DNA from: Armatimonadota bacterium
GTDB taxonomy: Bacteria; Armatimonadota; Fimbriimonadia; Fimbriimonadales; Fimbriimonadaceae
Direction: 5' to 3'
Assembly (NCBI GenBank): GCA_031400935.1
Contig: JANNQV010000020.1
Coordinates: 62,001-114,450, forward strand
Length of the DNA: 52,450 nucleotides
The position numbers were made by a program, and so were the translations under genes. The notes beneath the pieces are model-generated. The model was not told where the DNA came from. It searched no databases and saw only the letters and a program-made list of their open reading frames with translations. Of the stretch, positions 1 to 9,670 are shown in pieces. How positions within the stretch are numbered: position 1 is the stretch's first letter; each line of letters begins with the position of its first letter.

Positions 1-236
1 GTTTCAACCGCTTTGCCGGAGGCAATGTCAAATTTAAACCGTTTGCCATCCTGAGAATAGAAAAATGCTTTGCCATCTGCATTCCACGTAACGCTCAAAC
101 GAGCGATTTTTGCTGCCCGCTCGAGTTCGCCAGGGACATTTGTGTACCGTAAGTAGCTAGGCATTAGTGGCAACCGCTGCTGCGACATGGCGACTACCGA
201 TGCGCACAGAAAAATCGTGATAGCAAGTTTTTTCAT
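1..236 (-). CDS. 5' part of a secreted protein running off the window edge; possibly S9/dipeptidyl-peptidase IV-type N-terminus
   Basis: ATG at 236-234; manual translation MKKLAITIFLCASVVAMSQQRLPLMPSY...LSVTWNADGKAFFYSQDGKRFKFDIASGK shows a signal peptide then a beta-propeller-like WxxDG motif; no stop before base 1. Confidence 0.55.
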   Translation of the reverse strand, partial: MKKLAITIFLCASVVAMSQQRLPLMPSYLRYTNVPGELERAAKIARLSVTWNADGKAFFYSQDGKRFKFDIASGKAVE

Positions 237-318
237 ACTGAGTCCGAAGTTACCGCTATTCGAACCATAATTGGTTGCATGAGTTCTTGAAAGTCACATA
301 AAGTGGCAATGCACCTGA

Positions 319-1245
319 ATGAAGGAACCGAAAGCTAGGCGTCTTTTGAAGTTGAACTTTCGTCCCAGAGGTGTGGAAACCAAAAATTCAGGCAATCTCA
401 ACTCACTGTGGATTGCGATAAAGAATTTCGATATTGATGGTTCTCCTGCGGAATTGCCCTTTGCCAAACGGCTTGCAAGGGATAACAATTGGTCGCCAGG
501 ATTTGCAAACCGCGTGATCGAAGAATATCGCCGTTTTCTGTTTCTAGCTATGGTATCAGGGCATCCTGTTTCCCCCAGTAAAATCGTTGATGAGGCATGG
601 CATCTGCATTTGCTCTACACGGAATCTTATTGGAACCGATTGACTAAAGAAGTTCTGCCGTTTCCGTTGCACCATCACCCCACAAAGGGCGGCAAAGCCG
701 AGGCAAAGAAGCACGCCGACTTGTACGATCACACTCGAGAAAGCTACAGGAAGCACTTTGAGCAGGAGCCGCCTTCGGACATTTGGCCGACTTTTTCACC
801 AAACTCCCAATCTGATCGAAACTACGTATGGAAGATGTCAAAACTATCACTTCGCCGATGGGCGATTGGGGGAGCTTCGATTACCGCAATTCTGGGGCTT
901 GGCGTCGGATGCACACCAATCTTAGCTCAAAACCCGAGTTCAACTTCGACGATAATCTTGTTGATTACAGGACTTGGCGTTGTAATCGTCGGGGGAATGA
1001 TCGCTATGTTCATGTTAGGCAATCGCGACTCGGCAAATGATACAACCAATCCCAATGATCCTCTCCACGACAAGAAGGACACGCAAAATACAGGTGGCAC
1101 ATATTCGTCATGCGGCGGAAGTGGTGGAACAGGAACTCATTCGCATCACGGCGATGGGGACGGTCGTGGGGACGGCAATGCCGATTCAGGAGGTGGTGAT
1201 TCGGGTGGAGATGGCGGAGGTTGCGGCGGCGGATGCAGCAGCTAG
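319..1245 (+). CDS. Glycine-rich-domain membrane protein (DUF1399/TIGR04222-like)
   Basis: EYRRFLFL..PSKIVDEAWHLHLLYT..LHHHPT motif, two hydrophobic segments, Gly/Asp/Ser tail ending CGGGCSS; true start may be slightly downstream. Confidence 0.7.
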   Translation: MKEPKARRLLKLNFRPRGVETKNSGNLNSLWIAIKNFDIDGSPAELPFAKRLARDNNWSPGFANRVIEEYRRFLFLAMVSGHPVSPSKIVDEAWHLHLLYTESYWNRLTKEVLPFPLHHHPTKGGKAEAKKHADLYDHTRESYRKHFEQEPPSDIWPTFSPNSQSDRNYVWKMSKLSLRRWAIGGASITAILGLGVGCTPILAQNPSSTSTIILLITGLGVVIVGGMIAMFMLGNRDSANDTTNPNDPLHDKKDTQNTGGTYSSCGGSGGTGTHSHHGDGDGRGDGNADSGGGDSGGDGGGCGGGCSS

Positions 1246-2855
1246 TTTTCACTAACTTCTTTCAAAGGTAACAGGTCAAACCTCAGTCCACCATCTTGAT
1301 CTTCAAAGGAAACCCAAGAACATTTTGACAATGGGTGCGGATTTGGGTTCGATTTAGCAGGCCGAACTACCACAAAACGCTCTCCAACTACACAGCAGAA
1401 AATTGAATCGGGAACAATGGCTGAGCCTACAAATGTCGGAGCCGCAATTCTGGTCGCGCTCATCGCGGAATTCACGTTCAAAGATTTTTGTACTTTCTTC
1501 GCAAATTCAGGCTCAAAGAGCCGCACGACGGTTCGTACAGATGAATTCATTGCCTTGGCCGTCAGTGCGATTGACAGATTCATCGCGTCGTCGTCTGTGG
1601 TCGTAATGATTGCGGTTGCTCGATCAATTCCTGCTTCTGCAAGGGTGTGCGGGTCCCGGGCATCGCCAGCAATATAAGGAGTGTTCCGGTCGAGCAATTC
1701 ACGATATTGCGACGTTGCCTCGAGGTCAACAGAAACCACATCGGCACCCATTTGCCGAAGTTCCGCAACTGTCCTATAACCTACATTGCTAAGGCCAACC
1801 ACGATCACGTGGTCATCAGATGTGACTCGCTTCTTTCCGAGCATTTGATCAAACCTTGTAGAAACTACAAAATCGGTTACGATGGAGTACATCGTTGCGA
1901 TAGCGGCGGAGCCGACCAGCATCATGAAGCAAATGTAGAGCTTCATCCATGCCGCGTCTTCTAGTCCATTAATGTCGCCATAACCAGTAGTGGTCAATGT
2001 CGTTATTACAAAGTAAACAGCGTTGATCGGAGTCATATTTGGCTTGAAAAGCCAAAAAACGAAGATGCTAATGATCGCGAGAGAAACAATGACAATTGAA
2101 ACTGTTTTGAGAAGCGGCGGCGCATTGAGCCAAATTTCCTTCGCCGTAGAAAGTATAGATTTTGACTTCACTTTTGGCACTTCGCTGCGCAATCGTGTTG
2201 TCAAAATCGTTTCCGATGATGTCGTGCCGAATTTTAGAAAGTCGTCCTGGCCGCAAACGACTTCAACGGCTTGATGTCCCCGGCTGCAAATTTCGGGCGT
2301 AGGTTGATACAAAGAGTCTGTATTACTGGTCGAGCGAATGAGACACGCTTTGTTCAGGTCCGCGGCTTTCTTTAGCTGCTCTGAGCCCGGCAACTCTCCA
2401 ATGATATAAGTGAGCTTGTTCCAGCTAAACGAGCCGCGGATCGTTTCGCCAAATGCAGCCGTGGCAAACGCGGGTGCAGCAAGAGTTGACATGGCAAGCG
2501 CCTTTCGAATTCCAAAAGAATTCTCGAGCCGACGAGCCAAACTTTGGTCAAACAGCCGAATGACAATGTGAATATCTGGATTCAGGCGATTCGCATCCAG
2601 TGCAATTTCGATGTTTGTCAAGTCGTTTTCAGTCACAGGGAGAATAGACTCTGAGGTCATGATGCCAGCTTCGATGATCTGCTTGTCCGACCTCGCATCG
2701 CCGATGATCACGCGGGCGCCCCATTCTTCGGCAAGCAAAACGTACTCCTCCCTTGAGTTGAGAGTGACGACCGTTACCTCTTCTCCTAGGCGAAGCATCA
2801 ACTCCACAACCCGAATACCAACTTGTCCTAAACCGCAAATAATATGATGTGCCAC
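1242..2855 (-). CDS. Potassium channel protein with two TrkA-N (RCK) NAD-binding domains
   Basis: Selectivity filter TTTGYGD between TM helices; Rossmann motifs IICGLGQVG and VIVVGLSNVG. Confidence 0.88.
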   Translation of the reverse strand: MAHHIICGLGQVGIRVVELMLRLGEEVTVVTLNSREEYVLLAEEWGARVIIGDARSDKQIIEAGIMTSESILPVTENDLTNIEIALDANRLNPDIHIVIRLFDQSLARRLENSFGIRKALAMSTLAAPAFATAAFGETIRGSFSWNKLTYIIGELPGSEQLKKAADLNKACLIRSTSNTDSLYQPTPEICSRGHQAVEVVCGQDDFLKFGTTSSETILTTRLRSEVPKVKSKSILSTAKEIWLNAPPLLKTVSIVIVSLAIISIFVFWLFKPNMTPINAVYFVITTLTTTGYGDINGLEDAAWMKLYICFMMLVGSAAIATMYSIVTDFVVSTRFDQMLGKKRVTSDDHVIVVGLSNVGYRTVAELRQMGADVVSVDLEATSQYRELLDRNTPYIAGDARDPHTLAEAGIDRATAIITTTDDDAMNLSIALTAKAMNSSVRTVVRLFEPEFAKKVQKSLNVNSAMSATRIAAPTFVGSAIVPDSIFCCVVGERFVVVRPAKSNPNPHPLSKCSWVSFEDQDGGLRFDLLPLKEVSEN

Positions 2856-2942
2856 AGATGAACCTTTTTACTGAAGTTTATTATGCCATTCTCGCTCTGA
2901 ATGGAGTGCAGAGCACAAAGTCAGTCGCTTTGGGAACCAAAC

Positions 2943-3200
2943 TTGGGAGTGCGCTAGAGCATCTCGCCGCTTTAGCTCGTATCCAATTTCCCAAAGATTC
3001 TCTACATCTTTGATGAGAAGAAATGAAGGACAATTTCCCGAAATTTCCCAACAACTTCGATTGGATGAAACTAGGGGCAATTTCTCGAAATGGAACGGTA
3101 CCAGACATTGCAGATTGTTTTGTCCCAGCAAGGCTGAAAATCGGCTCTTTGTGATTGCTAGCGGGCCAAAGCGGCGAGATGCTCGCACGCTCTCTCAAAA
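2943..3200. repeat. MITE/REP-like element with terminal inverted repeats (GGAGTGC-tagged family)
   Basis: gagcatctcgccgcttt (2957-2973) is the exact reverse complement of 3168-3184; same sequence recurs at 16188-16207. Confidence 0.8.
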
Positions 3201-3230
3201 AGCGCCGCCCAAAAACTGAAATGCGCCATC

Positions 3231-5639
3231 ATGATAAGATCATCGTCTATGGCGATTCTCAGCCTCATTTTTGCTGTCGCGGTGAGCCCGGCTCAACTCA
3301 ACACCTCGGTATTAACTGACGGATTTGGAGTTCGGACGCCTGCAAATCGGCGTTCCCCTGTCCGAATTGACCCTGTTGAAGCTTTAATAGTAGCTGGGAA
3401 CTGGCCAATGCCTTTGGCAGGTGAAAAGATTGGCGACCAGACTTGGACGGCATCAAAAGCGGATGCCAGCGGAAACCACTCTGGTCCAGCTACTCGTGGC
3501 GGATACCTGTCGTTTCAAGTTGAATCAGAACGGGACAAAGTGATTTGGCTCAATGCTACCGGCGCCTCAATGGTCTACGTGAACCTGGAACCAAGGGCTG
3601 GCGATCCATATTCTTTTGGCTATTTGACTTTGCCAATTAAGTTGCACAAAGGGAGAAACGAGCTTCTTTTTGCCGTAGGCAGGGGAGGTTTTCGGGCGAC
3701 GCTTGAGGAAGTCACCGACCCAATCGTGCTTGACTTGCGAGATGCAACCCTGCCTGATGTGATTGAGGGCGAGAGCTTTCAATTATTTGCTGGGATGGTG
3801 GTTCGAAATGCAACTTCAGATGACCTTTCGGGTTGGGATTGTACTGTTGAAGTCAAAAACGAAGGGACAAGGGTCCAAATACTTGACAAGATTCCAGCAT
3901 TTTCGCTGCGAAAAGTTATGGTCATTCTGCAACCAATGAAGGCACAAACTTATCAGCTTCGACTGGCGGGGAAGAAATTCAAAGGAGACGAGAAGGAACT
4001 TACGCTTCGACGAAGAAACAGCTCGGAGAGCCACAGAAGGACTTTTGTTTCGCATGTTGATGGAAGCGTCCAATACTACGGTGTCCAACCCTCGACTTCG
4101 AGCGCACCTGGTCAATCGCTCATTCTGTCTCTTCATGGCGCTAGCGTTGAAGGCATCGGGCAAGCGGAAGCCTATGGCCAAAAAGATTGGGCAAATCTTG
4201 TCGCGGCAACGAACCGTAGGCCGTTTGGCTTTGACTGGGAAGATATCGGGAGACTCGACGCGCTTGAAGTGCTCGCAGATGCGCAAAGGCGATTCAAACC
4301 AAATTCTAAACGAATCTATCTAACCGGCCACTCCATGGGCGGGCACGGAACATGGCAAGTCGGCGCACATTACCCGGACAAGTTCGCAGCTATTGGACCC
4401 AGTGCTGGATGGATCAGCTTTTTTACCTATGCTGGCGGAGTCGTCTATCCGAATCCGACGCCAATGGAGGCGATGCTTCTCAGGGCCACCAACGCAAGTC
4501 AAACGCTTCATCTGAAGTCGAATATGTTCCAGCAAGCGGTCTATGTTCTGCATGGCGACGCCGACGACAATGTGCCGGTCGCGCAAGCCCGCCAAATGCG
4601 AACGGAACTGAAGGATCATCCCAATTTGAAATGGCACGAACAAAGTGGCGCAGGGCATTGGTGGGACGTTTCGCCTGAACCTGGAGCTGACTGCGTGGAT
4701 TGGAAGCCAATGTTCGATTGGTTTCGAAAAATTCAAGTTCCGCAATCTTCTAATGTGAATCATTTGGATTTCACAACAGTCAGCCCCGGCATTTCAGCAG
4801 ATTGCCATTGGGCGACCATTGTCCAGCAAGAACGCTCATTTGAGCCTTCAAGAGTACTTCTCGACTACAATCTGACCAACAATTCGATCATTGGAACGAC
4901 CTCAAATGTGAGAACGCTGAGACTCCGACGTGCGGACATGCCGAAAATCGCTTACTACGTTTTCATTGATGGAAATGAAGTAGAGATCACAAGGGGAACA
5001 ACCGAAGTCGTCATTCAAAAGCGAGAGAAATGGCAGCAAATTTCTCCCGTAGAGCTGGTGGAGAAAAACCCCTCCAGGTCTGGCGGATTTAAAGACGTAT
5101 TCCGAAATAGGATTGCCTTTGTTTATGGAACAGGGGGTTCACCCGAAGCGAAGAGATGGGCCAGAGCTAAGGCAATATTTGATGCTGAAACCTTTTACTA
5201 TCGGGGCAATGGCTCGGTTGACGTAATACCAGACTCCGAGTTTGATCCCCGCAGATATCGGAATTGCAACGTCTTGCTTTATGGCAATTCAGATACAAAC
5301 TCTGCGTACAAGGATTTGATTTCAAACCCAGACGTTGAACTCAAGTCAGGGCAACTAAGAGTCGGAGCACAAAAGATCGTTGGCTACGATCTATCGGTTG
5401 CTTTCATCTTGCCAAGAAAAGACAGTTCCACTGCATCAGTTGGAGTTATTGGAGGAACAGGCGAGGTTGGCTTGAGACTTTGCGACCGAATGCCAATTTT
5501 CACTTCGGGAGCAGGATTCCCGGATCTGATTGCCATGCGTCCTTCCATGCTCACAAATGGAACCAAAGGAGTTGCCGCCGCCGGATATTTTGGGAATGAT
5601 TGGCGGGTGAAGAGTGGGCAGTTTGAGTTCCAGGAGTAG
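3231..5639 (+). CDS. Secreted alpha/beta-hydrolase (esterase / prolyl-oligopeptidase-like)
   Basis: Signal peptide; LHGA, nucleophile elbow GHSMGG, HGDADDNVP, GAGH catalytic triad motifs. Confidence 0.8.
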   Translation: MIRSSSMAILSLIFAVAVSPAQLNTSVLTDGFGVRTPANRRSPVRIDPVEALIVAGNWPMPLAGEKIGDQTWTASKADASGNHSGPATRGGYLSFQVESERDKVIWLNATGASMVYVNLEPRAGDPYSFGYLTLPIKLHKGRNELLFAVGRGGFRATLEEVTDPIVLDLRDATLPDVIEGESFQLFAGMVVRNATSDDLSGWDCTVEVKNEGTRVQILDKIPAFSLRKVMVILQPMKAQTYQLRLAGKKFKGDEKELTLRRRNSSESHRRTFVSHVDGSVQYYGVQPSTSSAPGQSLILSLHGASVEGIGQAEAYGQKDWANLVAATNRRPFGFDWEDIGRLDALEVLADAQRRFKPNSKRIYLTGHSMGGHGTWQVGAHYPDKFAAIGPSAGWISFFTYAGGVVYPNPTPMEAMLLRATNASQTLHLKSNMFQQAVYVLHGDADDNVPVAQARQMRTELKDHPNLKWHEQSGAGHWWDVSPEPGADCVDWKPMFDWFRKIQVPQSSNVNHLDFTTVSPGISADCHWATIVQQERSFEPSRVLLDYNLTNNSIIGTTSNVRTLRLRRADMPKIAYYVFIDGNEVEITRGTTEVVIQKREKWQQISPVELVEKNPSRSGGFKDVFRNRIAFVYGTGGSPEAKRWARAKAIFDAETFYYRGNGSVDVIPDSEFDPRRYRNCNVLLYGNSDTNSAYKDLISNPDVELKSGQLRVGAQKIVGYDLSVAFILPRKDSSTASVGVIGGTGEVGLRLCDRMPIFTSGAGFPDLIAMRPSMLTNGTKGVAAAGYFGNDWRVKSGQFEFQE

Positions 5640-5666
5640 GGACTCTCCAGAAAGGAGATTCCCTTG
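5639..5666 (+). terminator. Possible intrinsic terminator hairpin
   Basis: gggactctcc-agaaa-ggagattccc (9/10 paired) right after the stop codon; weak U tract. Confidence 0.35.
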
Positions 5667-5818
5667 TGATCTAGCAAACTAGGCTTTGTCAGAACATTCC
5701 TAATATTCTTAGTGGGATTTGCCAGAATGGCAATACGCACCTTTTGATTATTTGGACAAATAGCTCATTTCACGAAATGTTGTTACGATAGTGCCAAAAC
5801 GTAGGATACAATATTGAT

Positions 5819-6988
5819 ATGCGTTTCAGTACAAAAGCATTGAGAATTTCTCAGGATCCGCGGTTCAATACGTCAGCAGTTGTCAATCCGATTGTTCAAT
5901 CAACAACTTTTCTCTTTGACAATCTGGACGAGATTCCACCTCATGATTACACGAGAGTTTCGAACCCAAACCGAACAAATCTCGAGGCAGTTTTGGCTAG
6001 TTTGGAAAACGCCGCGCATTGCGTTGTGTATTCCAGCGGAATGGCGGCCGTTACGGCTGCGTTCGCGCTGCTGGAGCACGGCGATCACCTTCTAATGGCG
6101 CAGGACATCTATGGTGGAACGCACCGGCTTGTGAATACGGTTTTGCCAAAGCAAGGCATTTCTTGCACCGAATTTGATGCGAATGATCCAGAAAGCATCC
6201 GAAAGGCGATTCAGCCGACATCAAAAATGCTTATCTTTGAAACGCCAACGAATCCTAAGCTCCGCGTCAACGACATTGAAGCCATTTCTCGCATCGCTCA
6301 CGAATATGGCTTGACCGTAGTTTTCGACAACACGTTCGCATCGCCTTACTTAGTGTGTTCGCTAGATTTGGGTGCGGATATCGTAATTCATTCGACGACG
6401 AAGTATATCTCCGGCCACAGCGATGTGATTGGTGGAGCCGCGCTGACCAACGACGCTGACATTCATTTGAAGCTATTTGAATACATTAAAACTACAGGTG
6501 CTTGCCCAAGCCCTTTTGATTGCTGGCTATCCCTTAGAGGTCTAAAGACTTTAGCTGTGCGAATGAGACAGCATTGCGAGAACGCTCAAGCGGTCGCTGA
6601 ATGGCTTACCAAACAACCTAACGTAGAGTGCGTTTACTATCCGGGATTGCTCGGGCACCCTGACCACGAAGTTGCCAAACGGCAAATGCCAAGGGGCTTT
6701 TCGGGAATGGTTTCCTTTGAAGTCAAAGGAACATGGGAAGACACTCGAAGGGTTTGTGAAAACACAAAGATCTTTCAAATGGCAGAGAGCCTAGGCGGCG
6801 TTGAATCGCTAATCGGTGCCCCGCGAGTCATGTCTCATGGGGCAATGACAGAGGAAGAGCGGCTCGAAAGGGGAATTCAACCGACCCTGATTCGCCTAAG
6901 CGTCGGAATCGAGGATGCGGAAGACCTGATCGAAGACTTGGCGCAAGCTCTCGCGCTCGTCAAACCTCTCGCTGCCTCTAGAACTTAG
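5819..6988 (+). CDS. Cystathionine gamma-synthase/gamma-lyase family PLP enzyme
   Basis: YTRVSNP, SSGMAA, ETPTNP, DNTFASP, PLP-lysine HSTTKYISGHSD, AESLGGVES, RLSVGIED. Confidence 0.92.
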   Translation: MRFSTKALRISQDPRFNTSAVVNPIVQSTTFLFDNLDEIPPHDYTRVSNPNRTNLEAVLASLENAAHCVVYSSGMAAVTAAFALLEHGDHLLMAQDIYGGTHRLVNTVLPKQGISCTEFDANDPESIRKAIQPTSKMLIFETPTNPKLRVNDIEAISRIAHEYGLTVVFDNTFASPYLVCSLDLGADIVIHSTTKYISGHSDVIGGAALTNDADIHLKLFEYIKTTGACPSPFDCWLSLRGLKTLAVRMRQHCENAQAVAEWLTKQPNVECVYYPGLLGHPDHEVAKRQMPRGFSGMVSFEVKGTWEDTRRVCENTKIFQMAESLGGVESLIGAPRVMSHGAMTEEERLERGIQPTLIRLSVGIEDAEDLIEDLAQALALVKPLAASRT

Positions 6989-6994
6989 CTTTGA

Positions 6995-7393
6995 TTAAAA
7001 CCACTCTTTCTTCCCGGCGATGTAAGTGTGATAGAACTCTTCATCCGACTTGGTCAGGTAGATAATTCCTTCGATAATCCCGACGATGCCGAAGAGGCCG
7101 CAAGTTACAAATGTAAGCACAATCTGGATTATCGCCGTGGTCGTGTAACCAAGTATGAATTTGTGTACCGCAAGTCCGCTAATTAGGATCCCGCAAAGTC
7201 CTGCAGCCAGTTTTTTGGAAGCTGCGTCCCTAATTGCAGGATGCTGAGATTGTCCGTAAATCAACTGCGTCTGATTCATCGGATTCGTATATTGCGTTGA
7301 GAATGTGTGCCCGCAATGGCTGCATGCTGGCGCATTTATCGAAGCCGTTTGCATGCATTGCGGACATTGCTTAAGTTCAGGTGTAGGATTCAT
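6995..7393 (-). CDS. TM2-domain membrane protein with N-terminal zinc ribbon
   Basis: CPQC..CSHC; KKLAAGLCGILISGLAVHKFILGY; IEGIIYLTKSDEEF..Y..KKEWF. Confidence 0.85.
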   Translation of the reverse strand: MNPTPELKQCPQCMQTASINAPACSHCGHTFSTQYTNPMNQTQLIYGQSQHPAIRDAASKKLAAGLCGILISGLAVHKFILGYTTTAIIQIVLTFVTCGLFGIVGIIEGIIYLTKSDEEFYHTYIAGKKEWF

Positions 7394-7492
7394 GTTGCGT
7401 ATTACTCGTTACTCTCAGTGTAACGGAAAAGATTCAAAATTGCAAATTCTGAAAAGGAACGCAGACTTTAGTCTGCATCTGGACCGCAGGCT

Positions 7493-9670
7493 TTAGCCTG
7501 CGCCTTTTCCCGCCTTCAATTTTTTCTTCGGATTGGCTCCGTTCCCATTGTAGATAGCTTTTGATTCTGCAGCGATGAGCTTGCGATTAGTTGATTCCGA
7601 TAGCGGGCAAGGAGACAACGGCTTTCTGCGTTCCTTCGGAATTTCAATTCTCTTTAGGCCGTTCAGCCACCTCGCCGTCCCCACTTCCGATTTCAAAAAG
7701 AGCTCAAGCGGCCCTTCATTGATGATTTCCCCGCCATGCTCGCCAGCGCCTGGCCCAATGTCAATCAGCCAATCTGCAGCTCGCATCGTTTCCTCATCGT
7801 GCTCGACTACGATGACCGTATTTCCCAAATCACGAAGTCGTTGCAAAGTTTCAATCAGCTTTCGATTGTCCCTTTGATGCAGCCCAATGCTCGGCTCATC
7901 AAGAATGTAAAGGCAACCCATAAGCCCCGAGCCAATTTGAGTTGCTAATCGAATTCGTTGCGCCTCCCCGCCTGCCAGGGTTCTAGCGTTTCGGTCAAGA
8001 GTTAAATATCCGAGTCCGACATCTTTAAGAAAGGTAAGTCGCTCGGAAATCTCTTTCACCGCCCGTTCGCCAATCACCAATTGCCTTGAGCTCAAAAGGC
8101 TCGGGAGGGCTGTGAAGTATTCCTGTGCGGTGTCTACGGACATTGAGGAAATTGTGGCGATGGATGTGCCTACTTGAACTCCTCCCCCAACTCCCTCCTC
8201 TTTCTCCTTCGTCGAAAAAGGAGGAGGCTCTTTAGCCCCTCCCATATCCGAGGAACGAGGATGAGGGAGGGGTTGGGGAGGGAGTCCGGGCGATGGAAGT
8301 CGAACACTTAACGTCTCCGGCTTCAGCCTTTGCCCCTTGCAAACTGGGCAAGGTTTGGTGGATTGGTATTGCTCCAAATCTCGCTTAACCCACTCGCTTT
8401 CTGTTGATTCGTAGCGCTTTTTGAGGGCGGCGAGAACACCATCCCATTTGGTTTGAAAAACACGCTCAGTTTTGCCGTAATGCATGATTACGTCAATTGG
8501 TTTTTCAACTCCAAACCAGACAGCGTTCATGCCTTCTTCTGAAATCAAATTGACTGGTGAAAACGAATCAAATCCTACAGATCGTCCAACGCCATCCAGC
8601 ATTTCCGGCCACCAGTCCTTTACCTCGCCGCTTTTGTAGACAAATGGAACAATCGCACCGTTTCGTAGCGATTTTGAGAGATCGGGGCAAACTAGATCAG
8701 GGTCAAATTCGGTTTGGGTGCCGAGTCCGGTGCAAGTCGGACAAGCTCCATAGGGAGAGTTGAACGAGAACATTCTCGGCTCGAGTTCAGACATTGAGAA
8801 ACCGCATTCGGCGCAGGCGTACGATTCGGAAAAAGTTTGTTCTCCTTGCGTTGCTTGGGCGTCCCGCCCAGGTCCCGAATCTGCATCTGAGGCTTTCTTT
8901 CCTTTCGTTTTCTTGGGCGAGACGCCCAAGCCACTCAAGCCGCTTTCAGGCATCTCATAAGCCAGAGTCACCAACCCCTTGCTCATTTTCAATGCCGCCT
9001 CAACTGAATCCGCCAACCTGCGCTCAACCCCTTCCTTCATCACCAGACGATCCACAATCACTTCGATTGTGTGCTGTTTGTAGCGATCCATCGGGATGTC
9101 GTCGGTTACTTCATACATCTCGCCATCCACCCGAACACGAACATAGCCAGCCTTTGCAGCATCCTGGATCACCGACTTGTATTCACCCTTTCGTCCCCTC
9201 ACCAATGGTGCAAGCACTTGCAATTTCGTTCCTTCTGGATATTTTCGAGCCGCATCTACAATCTGGTCCGTGCTTTGCCTTTCAATTGGGCCGTGACCGT
9301 TCGGGCAATACGGAATCCCCGCCCTAGCGAATAAAATTCGGAGGTAATCGTATATCTCTGTTACGGTTCCAACAGTTGATCTTGGGTTCCTTGATGCCGA
9401 CTTTTGATCAATTGAAACCGCCGGAGAGAGCCCCTCGATATGGTCAACATCAGGCTTGTCTAACTGTCCCAAAAACTGCCTTGCGTAGGAGCTGAGCGAT
9501 TCTACGTACCGCCGCTGCCCTTCGGCGTAAATCGTGTCAAAAGCGAGGCTCGATTTCCCACTGCCGCTAAGCCCAGTGATGACGACAAGCTTGTCGCGAG
9601 GAATTTCCACAGTGATGTTTTTTAGGTTGTTCTCCCTCGCTCCGACGACCACGATTTTGTCTTGCGGCAT
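7493..9670 (-). CDS. uvrA: Excinuclease ABC subunit A, N-terminal half only (ATPase domain I, UvrB-binding and insertion domains)
   Basis: GARENNLKN, Walker [30 protein letters not shown] zinc modules, [16 protein letters not shown], Walker [20 protein letters not shown]; homology ends at [10 protein letters not shown], followed by a ~40-aa unrelated tail. Confidence 0.95.
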   Translation of the reverse strand: MPQDKIVVVGARENNLKNITVEIPRDKLVVITGLSGSGKSSLAFDTIYAEGQRRYVESLSSYARQFLGQLDKPDVDHIEGLSPAVSIDQKSASRNPRSTVGTVTEIYDYLRILFARAGIPYCPNGHGPIERQSTDQIVDAARKYPEGTKLQVLAPLVRGRKGEYKSVIQDAAKAGYVRVRVDGEMYEVTDDIPMDRYKQHTIEVIVDRLVMKEGVERRLADSVEAALKMSKGLVTLAYEMPESGLSGLGVSPKKTKGKKASDADSGPGRDAQATQGEQTFSESYACAECGFSMSELEPRMFSFNSPYGACPTCTGLGTQTEFDPDLVCPDLSKSLRNGAIVPFVYKSGEVKDWWPEMLDGVGRSVGFDSFSPVNLISEEGMNAVWFGVEKPIDVIMHYGKTERVFQTKWDGVLAALKKRYESTESEWVKRDLEQYQSTKPCPVCKGQRLKPETLSVRLPSPGLPPQPLPHPRSSDMGGAKEPPPFSTKEKEEGVGGGVQVGTSIATISSMSVDTAQEYFTALPSLLSSRQLVIGERAVKEISERLTFLKDVGLGYLTLDRNARTLAGGEAQRIRLATQIGSGLMGCLYILDEPSIGLHQRDNRKLIETLQRLRDLGNTVIVVEHDEETMRAADWLIDIGPGAGEHGGEIINEGPLELFLKSEVGTARWLNGLKRIEIPKERRKPLSPCPLSESTNRKLIAAESKAIYNGNGANPKKKLKAGKGAG
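8178..8285. repeat. Palindromic C/G-rich repeat doublet inside the uvrA reading frame
   Basis: Two imperfect hairpin arms in inverted orientation around ggct-cttt-agcc; encodes [36 protein letters not shown], absent from typical UvrA. Confidence 0.75.
8850..8934. repeat. REP-like inverted doublet inside the uvrA reading frame
   Basis: 8850-8872 gttgcttgggcgtcccgcccagg versus reverse complement of 8912-8934 gtggcttgggcgtctcgcccaag: 20/23 identical, each a hairpin with a GTGG/GTTG foot. Confidence 0.85.

Noticed and set aside
2868..3219. Short ORFs 2868..3188, 2881..3198, 3010..3219, and likewise 16034..16370
   Set aside because: They overlap repeat elements or the tRNA and show no protein motifs; probably spurious
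5640..5818. SAM riboswitch or T-box upstream of the Cys/Met lyase
   Set aside because: No recognisable SAM-I core or T-box motif, and the gene appears leaderless
7407..7425. Palindrome cgttac-N7-gtaacg upstream of the TM2 gene
   Set aside because: Single 6-bp-arm instance with no second copy noticed; could be chance
8178..8934. Inteins or introns as the explanation for the UvrA insertions
   Set aside because: Inserts are only ~30-40 aa, lack intein terminal His-Asn motifs, and are explained by DNA palindromes
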